A stretch of DNA of 64,000 nt from Spirochaetia bacterium. Lineage in GTDB: Bacteria; Spirochaetota; Spirochaetia; DSM-2461. Shown piece after piece: positions 55,437 to 64,000 of the stretch. The stretch is from assembly GCA_963668315.1 (NCBI GenBank), contig OY764216.1, positions 2,816,001 through 2,880,000 on the forward strand, written 5' to 3'. The position numbers were made by a program, and so were the translations under genes. Positions within the stretch are counted from its first letter, which is position 1. Each line of letters opens with the position of its first letter. The notes beneath the pieces are model-generated. The model did no database searches and was not told where the DNA came from. It saw only the letters and a list, made by a program, of their open reading frames with translations.

Positions 55437-57519
55437 ACAAGTATTTATAGAAGAAGCGGAAGAGCTGCTGGGTACCCTGGAGGATCATCTTCTGACTCTG
55501 GAGAAATCTCCCCATGACAAGGAAATTGTCGATGCGGTCTTCAGGGTCATGCATACCATCAAGGGATCGGCCGCCATGTTCGATTTCAAGGGAATCGTGG
55601 ATTTCACCCATGTTGTCGAATCCGTTCTGGATAAGGTCAGAAACGGAGAACTGGAAGTCGGTCCCACCCTTATCGATCTGACTTTGAAAAGCCGGGATCA
55701 TATTCAGGATATGATATCGGCCCCCAGTGACGTATCCCCGGAGTTCCAGAGAGTGTCCCAGGAGCTTATCGGGCAGTTCAACCAGCTGGCCGGCATGGAT
55801 GAACAGGATCACAATGGAGGGAGCTCCCCCAAAACCAAAGAGGAAAAGGAACAGAAAAAATCCACCCTCTATAGTATTAAATTTATACCGGAAAAAGAGA
55901 TCCTTTATACCGGGACGAACCTTATAGCCCTCATGGAAGAGCTGAGCGAAATGGGGGAGATCAATATCGTCTCCCATACCCAGGATATACCCTCTCTGGA
56001 AAATTATAATCCTGAGTTCTGCTATATACGCTGGGAGATCTTCCTCATATCCGAAGCGTCGGAGAACGAGATCAGGGATGTTTTCATTTTTGTGGAATCT
56101 TCCTGCGAACTGAAAATCTCCGTTATCGCCAGCAGCAGCGAACTGGATGAAGGCTACGAAGAGAAAAAACTCGGGGAAATCCTGATAGATAAGGGCATTA
56201 TCAATTATAATGATTTGAACGGCGCTCTCCATGAGCAGAAACCGGTCGGCCAGATCATGGTTGAGAGCGGTCTTGTTTCCAAGGCCGATGTGGATGCGGC
56301 GCTCAGACAGCAGCAGTCGGAAAGAAAGCTTCGCGAGAGGGCGGTCCCCGAAAAGGAGAGCAGCATTCGCGTCAAGAGCGATAAGCTTGACAGTCTTGTC
56401 GATTCGGTCGGGGAGCTGGTGACGGCCCAGGCCCGGCTGTCGCAGATATCCAGCCAATACGATGATCCCTCCCTCAATGCTCTGGCTGAGCTGATTGAGC
56501 GTCTGTCCACAGAGCTGCGCGATAACGCCATGGGGTTGAGAATGGTTCCCATCGGCTCGACCTTTTCCCGATTCGCCCGCCTTGTCAGGGACTTATCCAA
56601 GACCCTGGGGAAAAGGATAAATCTGGTGACCAAGGGCGGAGAGACCGAGCTTGACAAGAGCGTTATTGATAAGCTGAATGATCCCCTTGTCCACCTGATA
56701 AGGAATGCGGTGGATCACGGGATCGAGCTGCCCGAAGAGAGAGAGGGAAAGGGAAAATCGCCGGAAGGTACGGTAACCCTTTCGGCCGATTACTCCGGAG
56801 CCAATGTCGTGCTGGAAATCCGTGATGACGGTGCCGGTTTAAACCGGGAGAAAATCCTTTCCAAAGCCCTTGAGAAGGGCCTTATCTCCGGTGAGGAGGT
56901 CATGAGCGATAATGATGTATACAAACTGATACTCCAGCCCGGTTTTTCCACGGCCAAGCAGATTACCGATGTTTCCGGACGGGGCGTGGGAATGGATGTC
57001 GTTTCCCGGGAGATAGAGAGTCTGGGGGGCAGCATATTCATCAGAAGCGAACTGGGAAAGGGATCGGTCATTTCTTTAAGTCTTCCCCTGACTCTGGCCA
57101 TTATCGAGGGCCTCCTGGTGCGTATAGGGGACGAAAAATTTGTCGTGCCTCTGGCATCCGTACAGGCCTGCCTTGAGCTCGGCCGGGAAGAAAGGGAGCT
57201 TCACAGAGAAAAAAGGCTGTTCGAATTCCGCGGTTCCATGTATCCTTACATTAGACTTCGGGAACTTTTCCTGAACGGAAGCGCGCTGCCCGACAGGGAG
57301 CACCTTGTGGTGACTCAGACGGAGAACGGGATTTTCGGTATTGTTGTGGATGAGGTAATCGGTGATTATCAGACGGTTATCAAAAATCTGGGACGACTCT
57401 ATAAAAATCTGCAGCTTGTAACCGGAGCGACAATTCTGGGTGACGGAACTATGGCATTGATTCTGGATTTAAATAAAATAACCGTTCTGGCCAAGTCTGA
57501 ACGGAATGTAACAGCTTAA
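55423..57519 (+). CDS. cheA: Chemotaxis histidine kinase CheA with an MshEN-like segment
   Basis: FRVMHTIKGS (P1); SIRVKSDKLD; HLIRNAVDHG; GFSTA..DVSGRGVGMDVV; CheW domain. Confidence 0.97.
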   Translation: MDQFKQVFIEEAEELLGTLEDHLLTLEKSPHDKEIVDAVFRVMHTIKGSAAMFDFKGIVDFTHVVESVLDKVRNGELEVGPTLIDLTLKSRDHIQDMISAPSDVSPEFQRVSQELIGQFNQLAGMDEQDHNGGSSPKTKEEKEQKKSTLYSIKFIPEKEILYTGTNLIALMEELSEMGEINIVSHTQDIPSLENYNPEFCYIRWEIFLISEASENEIRDVFIFVESSCELKISVIASSSELDEGYEEKKLGEILIDKGIINYNDLNGALHEQKPVGQIMVESGLVSKADVDAALRQQQSERKLRERAVPEKESSIRVKSDKLDSLVDSVGELVTAQARLSQISSQYDDPSLNALAELIERLSTELRDNAMGLRMVPIGSTFSRFARLVRDLSKTLGKRINLVTKGGETELDKSVIDKLNDPLVHLIRNAVDHGIELPEEREGKGKSPEGTVTLSADYSGANVVLEIRDDGAGLNREKILSKALEKGLISGEEVMSDNDVYKLILQPGFSTAKQITDVSGRGVGMDVVSREIESLGGSIFIRSELGKGSVISLSLPLTLAIIEGLLVRIGDEKFVVPLASVQACLELGREERELHREKRLFEFRGSMYPYIRLRELFLNGSALPDREHLVVTQTENGIFGIVVDEVIGDYQTVIKNLGRLYKNLQLVTGATILGDGTMALILDLNKITVLAKSERNVTA

Positions 57520-57528
57520 GAGGATGCG

Positions 57529-58641
57529 ATGGGGCAAGATGACATAAGGGTATTAATAATTGATGACTCCGCGGTGGTGAGAGAAACTCTCACCAATCTC
57601 CTTAAACAGGAGAGGGGCATTGAAGTCGTTGCCACGGCTCCCGATCCGATAATTGGTGAAAGAAAGATCAAGCAGTTTGATCCGGACGTTATCATTCTTG
57701 ATATTGAAATGCCCCGCATGGACGGATTGACCTTTCTGAAGAAACTGATGGCTGAGAATCCCATTCCCACCATCATTTGTTCGGGGAAGACCGATTCCGG
57801 GGGCAAGAGTGCTCTTACGGCCATAGAACTGGGTGCCGTTGAAATTATTACTAAACCAAAATTGGGAACCCGTGAGTTTCTCAATGAATCGATAATCGCT
57901 ATCTCCAATGCCATCCGGGCTGCCAATGCCACGAAGGGCAGAGGCCTGGGATCGACGGGGAAAACACCGGTTAAGCCGGCTGCTCCCGTCGTTCCCAAGA
58001 CGGTCAGTCCCAAGCTGACGGCCGATGTGATTATGCCCGCCTCGGGGAAAATTTCCACAGACGTTACCGAAAAGGTTCTGGCCGTGGGAGCTTCTACGGG
58101 CGGTACGGAAGCGCTGAGAGTATTCCTCCAGGCCATGCCGGCAGACTGTCCGGGGATTGTCATTGTTCAGCATATGCCTGAGCATTTTACCAAATCCTTT
58201 GCCGACAGGCTCAACGAGCTCTGCGTTATAAAGGTCAAAGAAGCGGAAATGGGAGACAAAGTGGTGCCGGGGCAGGCCCTGATCGCCAACGGAGGCTACC
58301 ATATGCTCCTGAAGCGCACCGGAAAAACCTATTCGGTGGAGCTCAAGGACGGCCCCCTTGTCTGCAGGCATAAACCTTCGGTCGATGTCCTTTTCCGTTC
58401 AGCCGCCCGTTACGGGGGGCAGAACATCATAGGGGTTATCCTTACAGGCATGGGGGACGACGGAGCCCGCGGCATGGAAGAGATGAAGAAAGCGGGAGCC
58501 TATAACTTTGCCCAGGACGAGAGCAGCTGTATCGTTTTCGGTATGCCCAAGGAAGCTATCGCCCATGGAGGGGTGGACACGGTACTGCCTCTGGAGAAGA
58601 TTGCTCCTGCAGCCATAAAGAAAAGTCAGGAGAGCCGCTGA
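57529..58641 (+). CDS. cheB: Chemotaxis methylesterase CheB
   Basis: Receiver domain plus [29 protein letters not shown]. Confidence 0.97.
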   Translation: MGQDDIRVLIIDDSAVVRETLTNLLKQERGIEVVATAPDPIIGERKIKQFDPDVIILDIEMPRMDGLTFLKKLMAENPIPTIICSGKTDSGGKSALTAIELGAVEIITKPKLGTREFLNESIIAISNAIRAANATKGRGLGSTGKTPVKPAAPVVPKTVSPKLTADVIMPASGKISTDVTEKVLAVGASTGGTEALRVFLQAMPADCPGIVIVQHMPEHFTKSFADRLNELCVIKVKEAEMGDKVVPGQALIANGGYHMLLKRTGKTYSVELKDGPLVCRHKPSVDVLFRSAARYGGQNIIGVILTGMGDDGARGMEEMKKAGAYNFAQDESSCIVFGMPKEAIAHGGVDTVLPLEKIAPAAIKKSQESR

Positions 58642-60368
58642 TGACAAATTCGGACATGATTGAAAGACTGAATGATATTGTGAAAGACCTGGGTGAGATT
58701 TATCTGGGCATGTCCGATCAGTATCCCCGTTATTTCGAACGGCTGGAAAACGAATTCGCCTGTTATACCGGTGATGATGACGGGCAGGAGGGATTGGCTT
58801 CCGTATCGGAAGATGTCAGTCATATACTGGAGAAAAAGAATGATTTTTCCCGGGAGAACAGCGAGAGGGAAAAAAGTCTTATCAGTACCATTGACAGGGA
58901 GCTTCAGAAACTGAGCCTTATTGAGAAGGGTATTGCCGGTATGGAGGAGTGCTCGGAAGATCTGGAGCTGATCTCTCTCAACGCCATGGTCTCCGCTCTT
59001 AAAGCCGGTAATAACGGGGGAGCTTTTCCCTATATAACCCGCGAGCTTCAGAGAGTCTCCCGCCTATCGAGGGAGAACAGCAACCGAATCCGCATGTACG
59101 GGCAGAATCTTGACCGGGAATATTCAAAATTAATCGATAATGTCCGGGCAAGTCAGAAAAAAACGGGGGAGGATATAGGCGGAATCTATGAGACTCTGGA
59201 ACAGATCATTTCCGGTCTCTCTTTCTATGATAAATCCTTCCGCGATCTATGTGAGATTCTTGATAACGCGGTAAATAAAATGCGTTCCCCCCTCTATATG
59301 ATTATCGAGGAAGTTCAGAAGCACGATATCGTACGCCAGTCTGTCAACCATATCATTATTTCCCTGGAAGAGATACACGACAGTTCATGGGATGATGAGG
59401 GCGATGCGGAATTGAATAATCTCAAGTTCGCCTGTCAGGTTTATGAGCTGAGCCGCTTTATCATTGATGACATAAGGGAGAGCGTCAATAAATCCTTTGA
59501 AAAATTCACCAGAGAGAAGGAAGACGTTATCGGTATCCTCAATAATCTGGGAAAGGAAATGGCCGTTAAGGTGAAGGAGATCGGTCGGGATGATTTTGAG
59601 AAAAAAATCGAGTCCATAAGCCGGACCGTATCCCAATATTTCCTCGTACAGAATAACAGCTTCAGCAAGGGAGGATTGAGATCGGAACACTTTGATGAGC
59701 TGATTGATGACCTCGACGGCGGAATTGAGCAGTACGAGAAGGTCTTGAGCTCCATAAGAAGTATCCACGTGGCTTCCAGGATAGAAGTGGTGAAGCTGGT
59801 GAAGCTGGAGAACATGGATAACATTATCTCCAATATCGATACGACGGTGGGGGAGATGGAAGATCAGCTGTCTCAGATTGACGAATCGGTCGATGAGTTC
59901 CGAAAAGCCAGCGGTTCCATTATCAACGATTTTATGGAATATTCCGAGCAGGTCCAGAATCAGGTTCAGGACAGCATGATGAGGCTGGAACCGGTTCTCG
60001 CCGCCGTAAGGGATTTTCAGGGAAATCTGAAGAATCATTTCCTGCAGTTTGAGAAAGTAAATGACGATTTCAAGCAGTTTACCGGAATGGTGGATGAACA
60101 TCTTGAGCATATGGCGATGCTGATCCGGGAAATTGACCGTATCCGGGATACCTTTGAGAATGAGAGGATCGGATATGAGAACATTCTGGAAGATAAGCTT
60201 AAGGAGGCCGGTTATACCGATTGGTCCCTGGAGGGGGACAGAATTAAAAAACTGATTGAGAAATTTACCATCTTCATCCATAAGAAAGTAATGACTGGCG
60301 AAGGTGACGGAGACCAGAGTTCTCTTGATGCCGAACAGGCAGGGGCCAGCGAAATAACGCTTTTTTAG
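58641..60368 (+). CDS. Cytoplasmic atypical chemoreceptor-like coiled-coil protein (BB0569-like by position)
   Basis: No TM; degenerate hairpin tip ISLNAMVSALKAGNNGGAF; C-terminal EITLF; directly after cheB. Confidence 0.7.
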   Translation: MTNSDMIERLNDIVKDLGEIYLGMSDQYPRYFERLENEFACYTGDDDGQEGLASVSEDVSHILEKKNDFSRENSEREKSLISTIDRELQKLSLIEKGIAGMEECSEDLELISLNAMVSALKAGNNGGAFPYITRELQRVSRLSRENSNRIRMYGQNLDREYSKLIDNVRASQKKTGEDIGGIYETLEQIISGLSFYDKSFRDLCEILDNAVNKMRSPLYMIIEEVQKHDIVRQSVNHIIISLEEIHDSSWDDEGDAELNNLKFACQVYELSRFIIDDIRESVNKSFEKFTREKEDVIGILNNLGKEMAVKVKEIGRDDFEKKIESISRTVSQYFLVQNNSFSKGGLRSEHFDELIDDLDGGIEQYEKVLSSIRSIHVASRIEVVKLVKLENMDNIISNIDTTVGEMEDQLSQIDESVDEFRKASGSIINDFMEYSEQVQNQVQDSMMRLEPVLAAVRDFQGNLKNHFLQFEKVNDDFKQFTGMVDEHLEHMAMLIREIDRIRDTFENERIGYENILEDKLKEAGYTDWSLEGDRIKKLIEKFTIFIHKKVMTGEGDGDQSSLDAEQAGASEITLF

Positions 60369-60380
60369 GTGATGTGAGGC

Positions 60381-60408
60381 TAAGGTGTAGTTTTTCTCTC
60401 TCCGATAA
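60381..60408 (+). promoter_or_regulatory. Possible sigma28-type promoter for the J-domain gene
   Basis: TAAG-N16-TCCGATAA. Confidence 0.45.
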
Positions 60409-60462
60409 TGGTATCAGGGAACGCTTCCCTGTGGGGTAATTGTTTAACTGGGAGAAGAAAAC

Positions 60463-61188
60463 ATGTCGACGATCTTGAATGAAGAAGAAAAAAACGCCTT
60501 GAGGCTGCTTGGTGTATTTGATTGTTTTGATACACATCAGCTCGTGAAAAGGGAAGATCAGCTGCGCCGGCATTATCGGAAGCAGGCCCTTTCCACCCAT
60601 CCGGACAGAGCCGCCGCGAGAGGTGCCGATCCGGAAAGAATGAAAGAGGCTTTTCAGAGCATAAATGACAGCTATCGTCTGCTTATGGATCGTATAATGA
60701 TCCATAAGGGAGTAGCCTTTAGAACCTGCAAGGTAAAAATAAGACCGGAAGAACAGAAGAAAGAGACCCGTGAGAAGTCCGTATCCGTGGGTTTCTATAA
60801 GGGCCGTCTTCCCGAAAAGAAACTGCGTTTTGCAGAATATATGTATTATACAAAAAGAATTACCTGGGAGCAGCTGATTTCGGCTCTGTGCTGGCAGTTT
60901 ACCAACAGGCCAAAGCTGGGAGATCTGGCCCGCTCAAAGGGCTGGATGACAGAAGAGGAGATACTCATTCTTCTGCGGTACAAGAAATCTTCCGAACGTT
61001 TCGGACTGGCCGCTGTCAACAAGGGGTTTCTGACGATAGACAGGTGCCGGGAACTGCTTCGAGAGCAGAGATCCGTAGGACTTCCCATTGGAAAATATTT
61101 TCTGATCAAGCACATTATGACGCAGGAGCAGCTGAGGGAACAGCTGGGTGCGTTTCTTCTGCACAACAAAAAATACGGAAAGAATTAA
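60463..61188 (+). CDS. J-domain (DnaJ-like, class C) protein with C-terminal MshEN-like repeats
   Basis: YRKQALSTHPD..FQSINDSYRLL; repeats KLGDLARSKGWMT, RFGLAAVNKGFLT..LLREQ, PIGKYFLIKHIMT. Confidence 0.82.
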   Translation: MSTILNEEEKNALRLLGVFDCFDTHQLVKREDQLRRHYRKQALSTHPDRAAARGADPERMKEAFQSINDSYRLLMDRIMIHKGVAFRTCKVKIRPEEQKKETREKSVSVGFYKGRLPEKKLRFAEYMYYTKRITWEQLISALCWQFTNRPKLGDLARSKGWMTEEEILILLRYKKSSERFGLAAVNKGFLTIDRCRELLREQRSVGLPIGKYFLIKHIMTQEQLREQLGAFLLHNKKYGKN

Positions 61189-61280
61189 TTCCTATCCTGG
61201 AGCCTGCCCCCGGGAATTCCTGGAAATATGAGAGTGAAATGTTGTGCCGCTTACGGTGACGTCCTGCAAGCTGAATATAT

Positions 61281-61309
61281 CCGCTTCTCTCTGGGAAGCG
61301 GTTTTATTT
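61281..61309 (+). terminator. Intrinsic terminator after the J-domain gene
   Basis: CCGCTTCTC-tct-GGGAAGCGG-TTTTATTT. Confidence 0.7.
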
Positions 61310-61352
61310 GCTTTCTCTTCTCTCCGGAATTATATTTATAGGGGAGTAAGGA

Positions 61353-61928
61353 TTGTATAAATACTATAATAACAAGTTTAAAAAAGATATAATTGATATT
61401 TCAGCGGGCGAGTATATCGCTTCCGCGGAAGATGTGATAATAAGTACGGTTTTGGGATCATGCGTTTCGGTCTGCATTTATGATCCACGGAGAAAAATGG
61501 CCGGTTTGAACCATTTCATGCTTGTCGAATCCAGGAGCCTTGATAATTTAGGGGAGATGATGCGTTCAGAAAGATACGGTTCCTATGCGATGGAATCTCT
61601 TTTGAATGAATTCATTAGAACGGGCAGCCGTAAATCCGATCTGCAGTCCAAGGTTTTCGGGGGGAGCCGCATTCTGCAGACAGCTCCGGGAAAATCTATG
61701 GATATCGGGCATCAGAATATTATTTACGCTTTGAATTTTCTGGAGAATGAGGACATCCCCATTCTTGCCAAGGATACAGGAGGGGAACGGCCAAGGAGGA
61801 TCTACCTCTTCCCTCATAGTTTTAAAGTTCTTTTGAAGAGGGAGAAAAATTCTTCACTGGATGAAAAGAGTGAAATTCGTATTCCTGCGAAGAAGAGTGG
61901 AAGCATTGTTCTTTTTGATCAGGACTGA
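61353..61928 (+). CDS. cheD: Chemoreceptor glutamine deamidase CheD
   Basis: STVLGSCVSVC, GLNHFML, RYGSYAM, KVFGG, IGHQN, DTGG; own promoter TTGCTT-N17-TATATT (61308-61336). Confidence 0.93.
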   Translation: MYKYYNNKFKKDIIDISAGEYIASAEDVIISTVLGSCVSVCIYDPRRKMAGLNHFMLVESRSLDNLGEMMRSERYGSYAMESLLNEFIRTGSRKSDLQSKVFGGSRILQTAPGKSMDIGHQNIIYALNFLENEDIPILAKDTGGERPRRIYLFPHSFKVLLKREKNSSLDEKSEIRIPAKKSGSIVLFDQD

Positions 61929-61968
61929 CCTCTAGGATAGTCCGTGAATATATGATAATTTACCAGTT

Positions 61969-62559
61969 ATGATAAATTTCCGAACCGCCCGCTTTATGAT
62001 GTCCTGTCCGTCAAATAAAAATCTTCCGGGAGATAACATAAACGAAATAGCCTTTGCCGGACGATCAAACGTGGGCAAATCCAGTGTCCTTAATTCCCTC
62101 GCCGGCCAGAATAAACTGGCCAAATCTTCCAGTGTCCCCGGTAAGACAAGGGAGATAAACCTCTTTTCCATCAATGATAAGTACCGTCTTGTCGACCTAC
62201 CCGGATACGGGTATGCCCGAGTTTCCAAAAAGGAACAGGACCGATGGGGTTGGGAAATGACCCGCTATATAGAAGAAAGGGACAATCTCAAAGGGGTTGT
62301 CATTCTCATGGATATGCGCCATCCCCTGACAGCCCTGGACCGGGACATGATTGAACTTGTCCGTAGAGGGGGGAAGGCTTTTGCGTTTGTGTTGAACAAG
62401 GCGGACAAGCTGAGCAGAAATGAACAAGCCAAGACCATCAGGAAGGTTGAGAAGGACTTGCTTGCCATGAATATCCCCGCTCTGTTGATTCCCTATTCGG
62501 CAGAGAAAAAAACGGGAGTGGGAGAATTAACGGCTCTTCTCTCCGGGTGGCTCGAATAG
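61969..62559 (+). CDS. engB: Ribosome biogenesis GTPase YihA/YsxC
   Basis: AGRSNVGKSS, PGKTR, VDLPGYGY, NKADK. Confidence 0.95.
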   Translation: MINFRTARFMMSCPSNKNLPGDNINEIAFAGRSNVGKSSVLNSLAGQNKLAKSSSVPGKTREINLFSINDKYRLVDLPGYGYARVSKKEQDRWGWEMTRYIEERDNLKGVVILMDMRHPLTALDRDMIELVRRGGKAFAFVLNKADKLSRNEQAKTIRKVEKDLLAMNIPALLIPYSAEKKTGVGELTALLSGWLE

Positions 62560-63351
62560 AAGGTTCCCCTCCCGTCCGTCATCGATATTTCCCAGGGGCA
62601 CGATGTATCTTTTATCTCCCCGGGCAATCTGTTCCGTGTCCACATTATAGACTTCCTTTATGAGACCGGGGGTAAGAACTTCCGAGGGGGCTCCGTATCC
62701 CTTGAGAGAGCCCCGGCTCAGCAAAACGCTTTGGTCGGCGTAGTTCATGGCCAGATTCAGGTCGTGCACCACGGAAATGACCGTTTTGTTCTCGGTCTCC
62801 GTAATCATACGCAGTAATCCCATAATAGAGAGCTGATGGCGCAGATCCAGAAAAGCGGTCGGCTCGTCGAGCAGCATGACCGGAGTCTCCTGGGCCAGAG
62901 CTCTGGCTATAAGGACCCTCTGTCTTTCCCCTCCCGAAAGGCTGTGTACGAATCTCTCCCGGAGCGAGGAGACTTCCATCTGCTCCATGGCTCTTTCTGT
63001 TACCCTCCTGTCCCTGTCGTTCTGCCGCTGCCACTCCCCCCTGTGAGGATAACGTCCCATCATAACCGTTTCCTCCACCGTAAAATCAAAGGTTCTTTCC
63101 ATGCTCTGGGGTACATAGGAGATGAGGGAGGCACGCTGTGGCGGCGTGAGTTTTGAAAGATTCAGATCCCCATGAAAGAGGGAGCCCATCCGGGGCTGCT
63201 TCAAGCCGAGAAGAAGCTTGAGAAGAGTGGTTTTTCCCGATCCGTTCGGCCCCAGGAGAGCCGTGAATTTCCCTTCGGGAAAATCCACCGAGAAATCGGA
63301 GAAAAAAGGCGCAGAGCCATAGAAAAATGAGAGATTCCGGCAGCTGATCAT
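62527..63351 (-). CDS. Iron-siderophore/cobalamin ABC transporter ATPase
   Basis: GPNGSGKTT, MGRYPH, LSGGERQR, LDEPT, HDLNLA. Confidence 0.92.
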   Translation of the reverse strand: MISCRNLSFFYGSAPFFSDFSVDFPEGKFTALLGPNGSGKTTLLKLLLGLKQPRMGSLFHGDLNLSKLTPPQRASLISYVPQSMERTFDFTVEETVMMGRYPHRGEWQRQNDRDRRVTERAMEQMEVSSLRERFVHSLSGGERQRVLIARALAQETPVMLLDEPTAFLDLRHQLSIMGLLRMITETENKTVISVVHDLNLAMNYADQSVLLSRGSLKGYGAPSEVLTPGLIKEVYNVDTEQIARGDKRYIVPLGNIDDGREGNLLFEPPGEKSR

Positions 63352-64000
63352 TCCCGTTCTCCCATGATAGGGGCCGTTCCGTTCCTTTTCAGGAGAAAGA
63401 GGAAAAGCGGGGCGCCCAGCAGTCCTGAGATTACACCCACGGGGATTTCCATGGGAGGATGGGCCGTACGGGCGAGCAGATCGGCCAGTACCATGACCGA
63501 AGCCCCGGCGGGTATGACTGCCGGTAGAAGCCGCCGGTGGTCGGCTCCCGTCAGAATACGGACGGCGTGGGGGACGAGAAGGCCGATAAAACCGATCGTT
63601 CCCGAACAGGCTACCGAGGCGGCGGTGAGCATGGAGGACGCAAGGAGAAGAAGATTTGAGGTTCTTTTAACGTTCAGCCCCAAGGTATGGGCCGTTTCTT
63701 CTCCCACTGTCAGTAAGTTCAGGGCGTTCCGCCTGAAGAAGAGGCTCAGGGTGAAGAGACATGTCAGGGGGGCAAGAAAGAGAATCTTCTCCCACCGGGC
63801 CGTGGTAAAGCTTCCCATGGACCAGAACAGAATGGAGGATGCCAGCTTTCTGTCCATGCTCAGAATCAGAGACATGAGGGAGGAAAGGAAAAAACTGAGG
63901 ACGACCCCACCCAGCAGCAGTCCGATGCGGCTTTCACCTCCGGTTTTCCCGAAAAAGATATAAAGAATGAATAAACTGACGCCCGCTCCGGCGAAAGCGC
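63348..64000 (-). CDS. FecCD/BtuC-family ABC permease, 5' part beyond the right window edge
   Basis: Frame open to the edge (AFAGA..LLLGGVVL); WSMGS, GEETAHTLG, GTIGFIGLLVPH, EIPVGV..GAPLF. Confidence 0.92.
   Translation of the reverse strand, partial: AFAGAGVSLFILYIFFGKTGGESRIGLLLGGVVLSFFLSSLMSLILSMDRKLASSILFWSMGSFTTARWEKILFLAPLTCLFTLSLFFRRNALNLLTVGEETAHTLGLNVKRTSNLLLLASSMLTAASVACSGTIGFIGLLVPHAVRILTGADHRRLLPAVIPAGASVMVLADLLARTAHPPMEIPVGVISGLLGAPLFLFLLKRNGTAPIMGERE

Noticed and set aside
61189..61345. Possible ncRNA/riboswitch or 37-aa ORF (61228-61341) before cheD
   Set aside because: No recognisable riboswitch core; the region is explained by a terminator plus the cheD promoter, and the ORF has no clear RBS

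Overview
This is a gene-dense chromosomal window from a spirochaete, most likely Spirochaetales/Spirochaetaceae. That assignment is inferred from a DUF3996-like outer-membrane protein, a Borrelia-like cheW-STAS-cheA-cheB-BB0569 gene order and tandem Maf-type genes. I found no CRISPR array, integrase, transposase, prophage or rRNA. Left to right the window holds: a VWA protein plus sensor kinase; a lytic transglycosylase; tmk-aroDE; a bacterial XPB helicase with partner; tRNA-Leu(CAA); housekeeping genes (nadA, rsmD, purD, ung, recQ, engB); and a dispersed phage-shock locus (sigma54-pspA-pspC, a DUF2089/SHOCT-like operon, pspF). A split Pho regulon has pstS about 25 kb from pstCAB-phoU-phoB-phoR, both preceded by matching 11-bp-period boxes. 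A sigma28-type promoter drives a run of a very acidic disordered protein, two Maf-type genes and an acidic-repeat degenerate-GGDEF membrane protein. An F8-like chemosensory cluster is followed by a J-domain protein with MshEN-like repeats. Reading the raw sequence also shows unannotated small ORFs, a frameshifted gene, an orphan promoter-terminator unit (candidate sRNA) and many apparently leaderless genes. The best candidates for an undescribed system are (i) the sigma28 acidic-scaffold/Maf cluster and (ii) the J-domain-MshEN protein linked to an MshEN-bearing CheA. All functional calls come from motif recognition by eye; no database searches were run.
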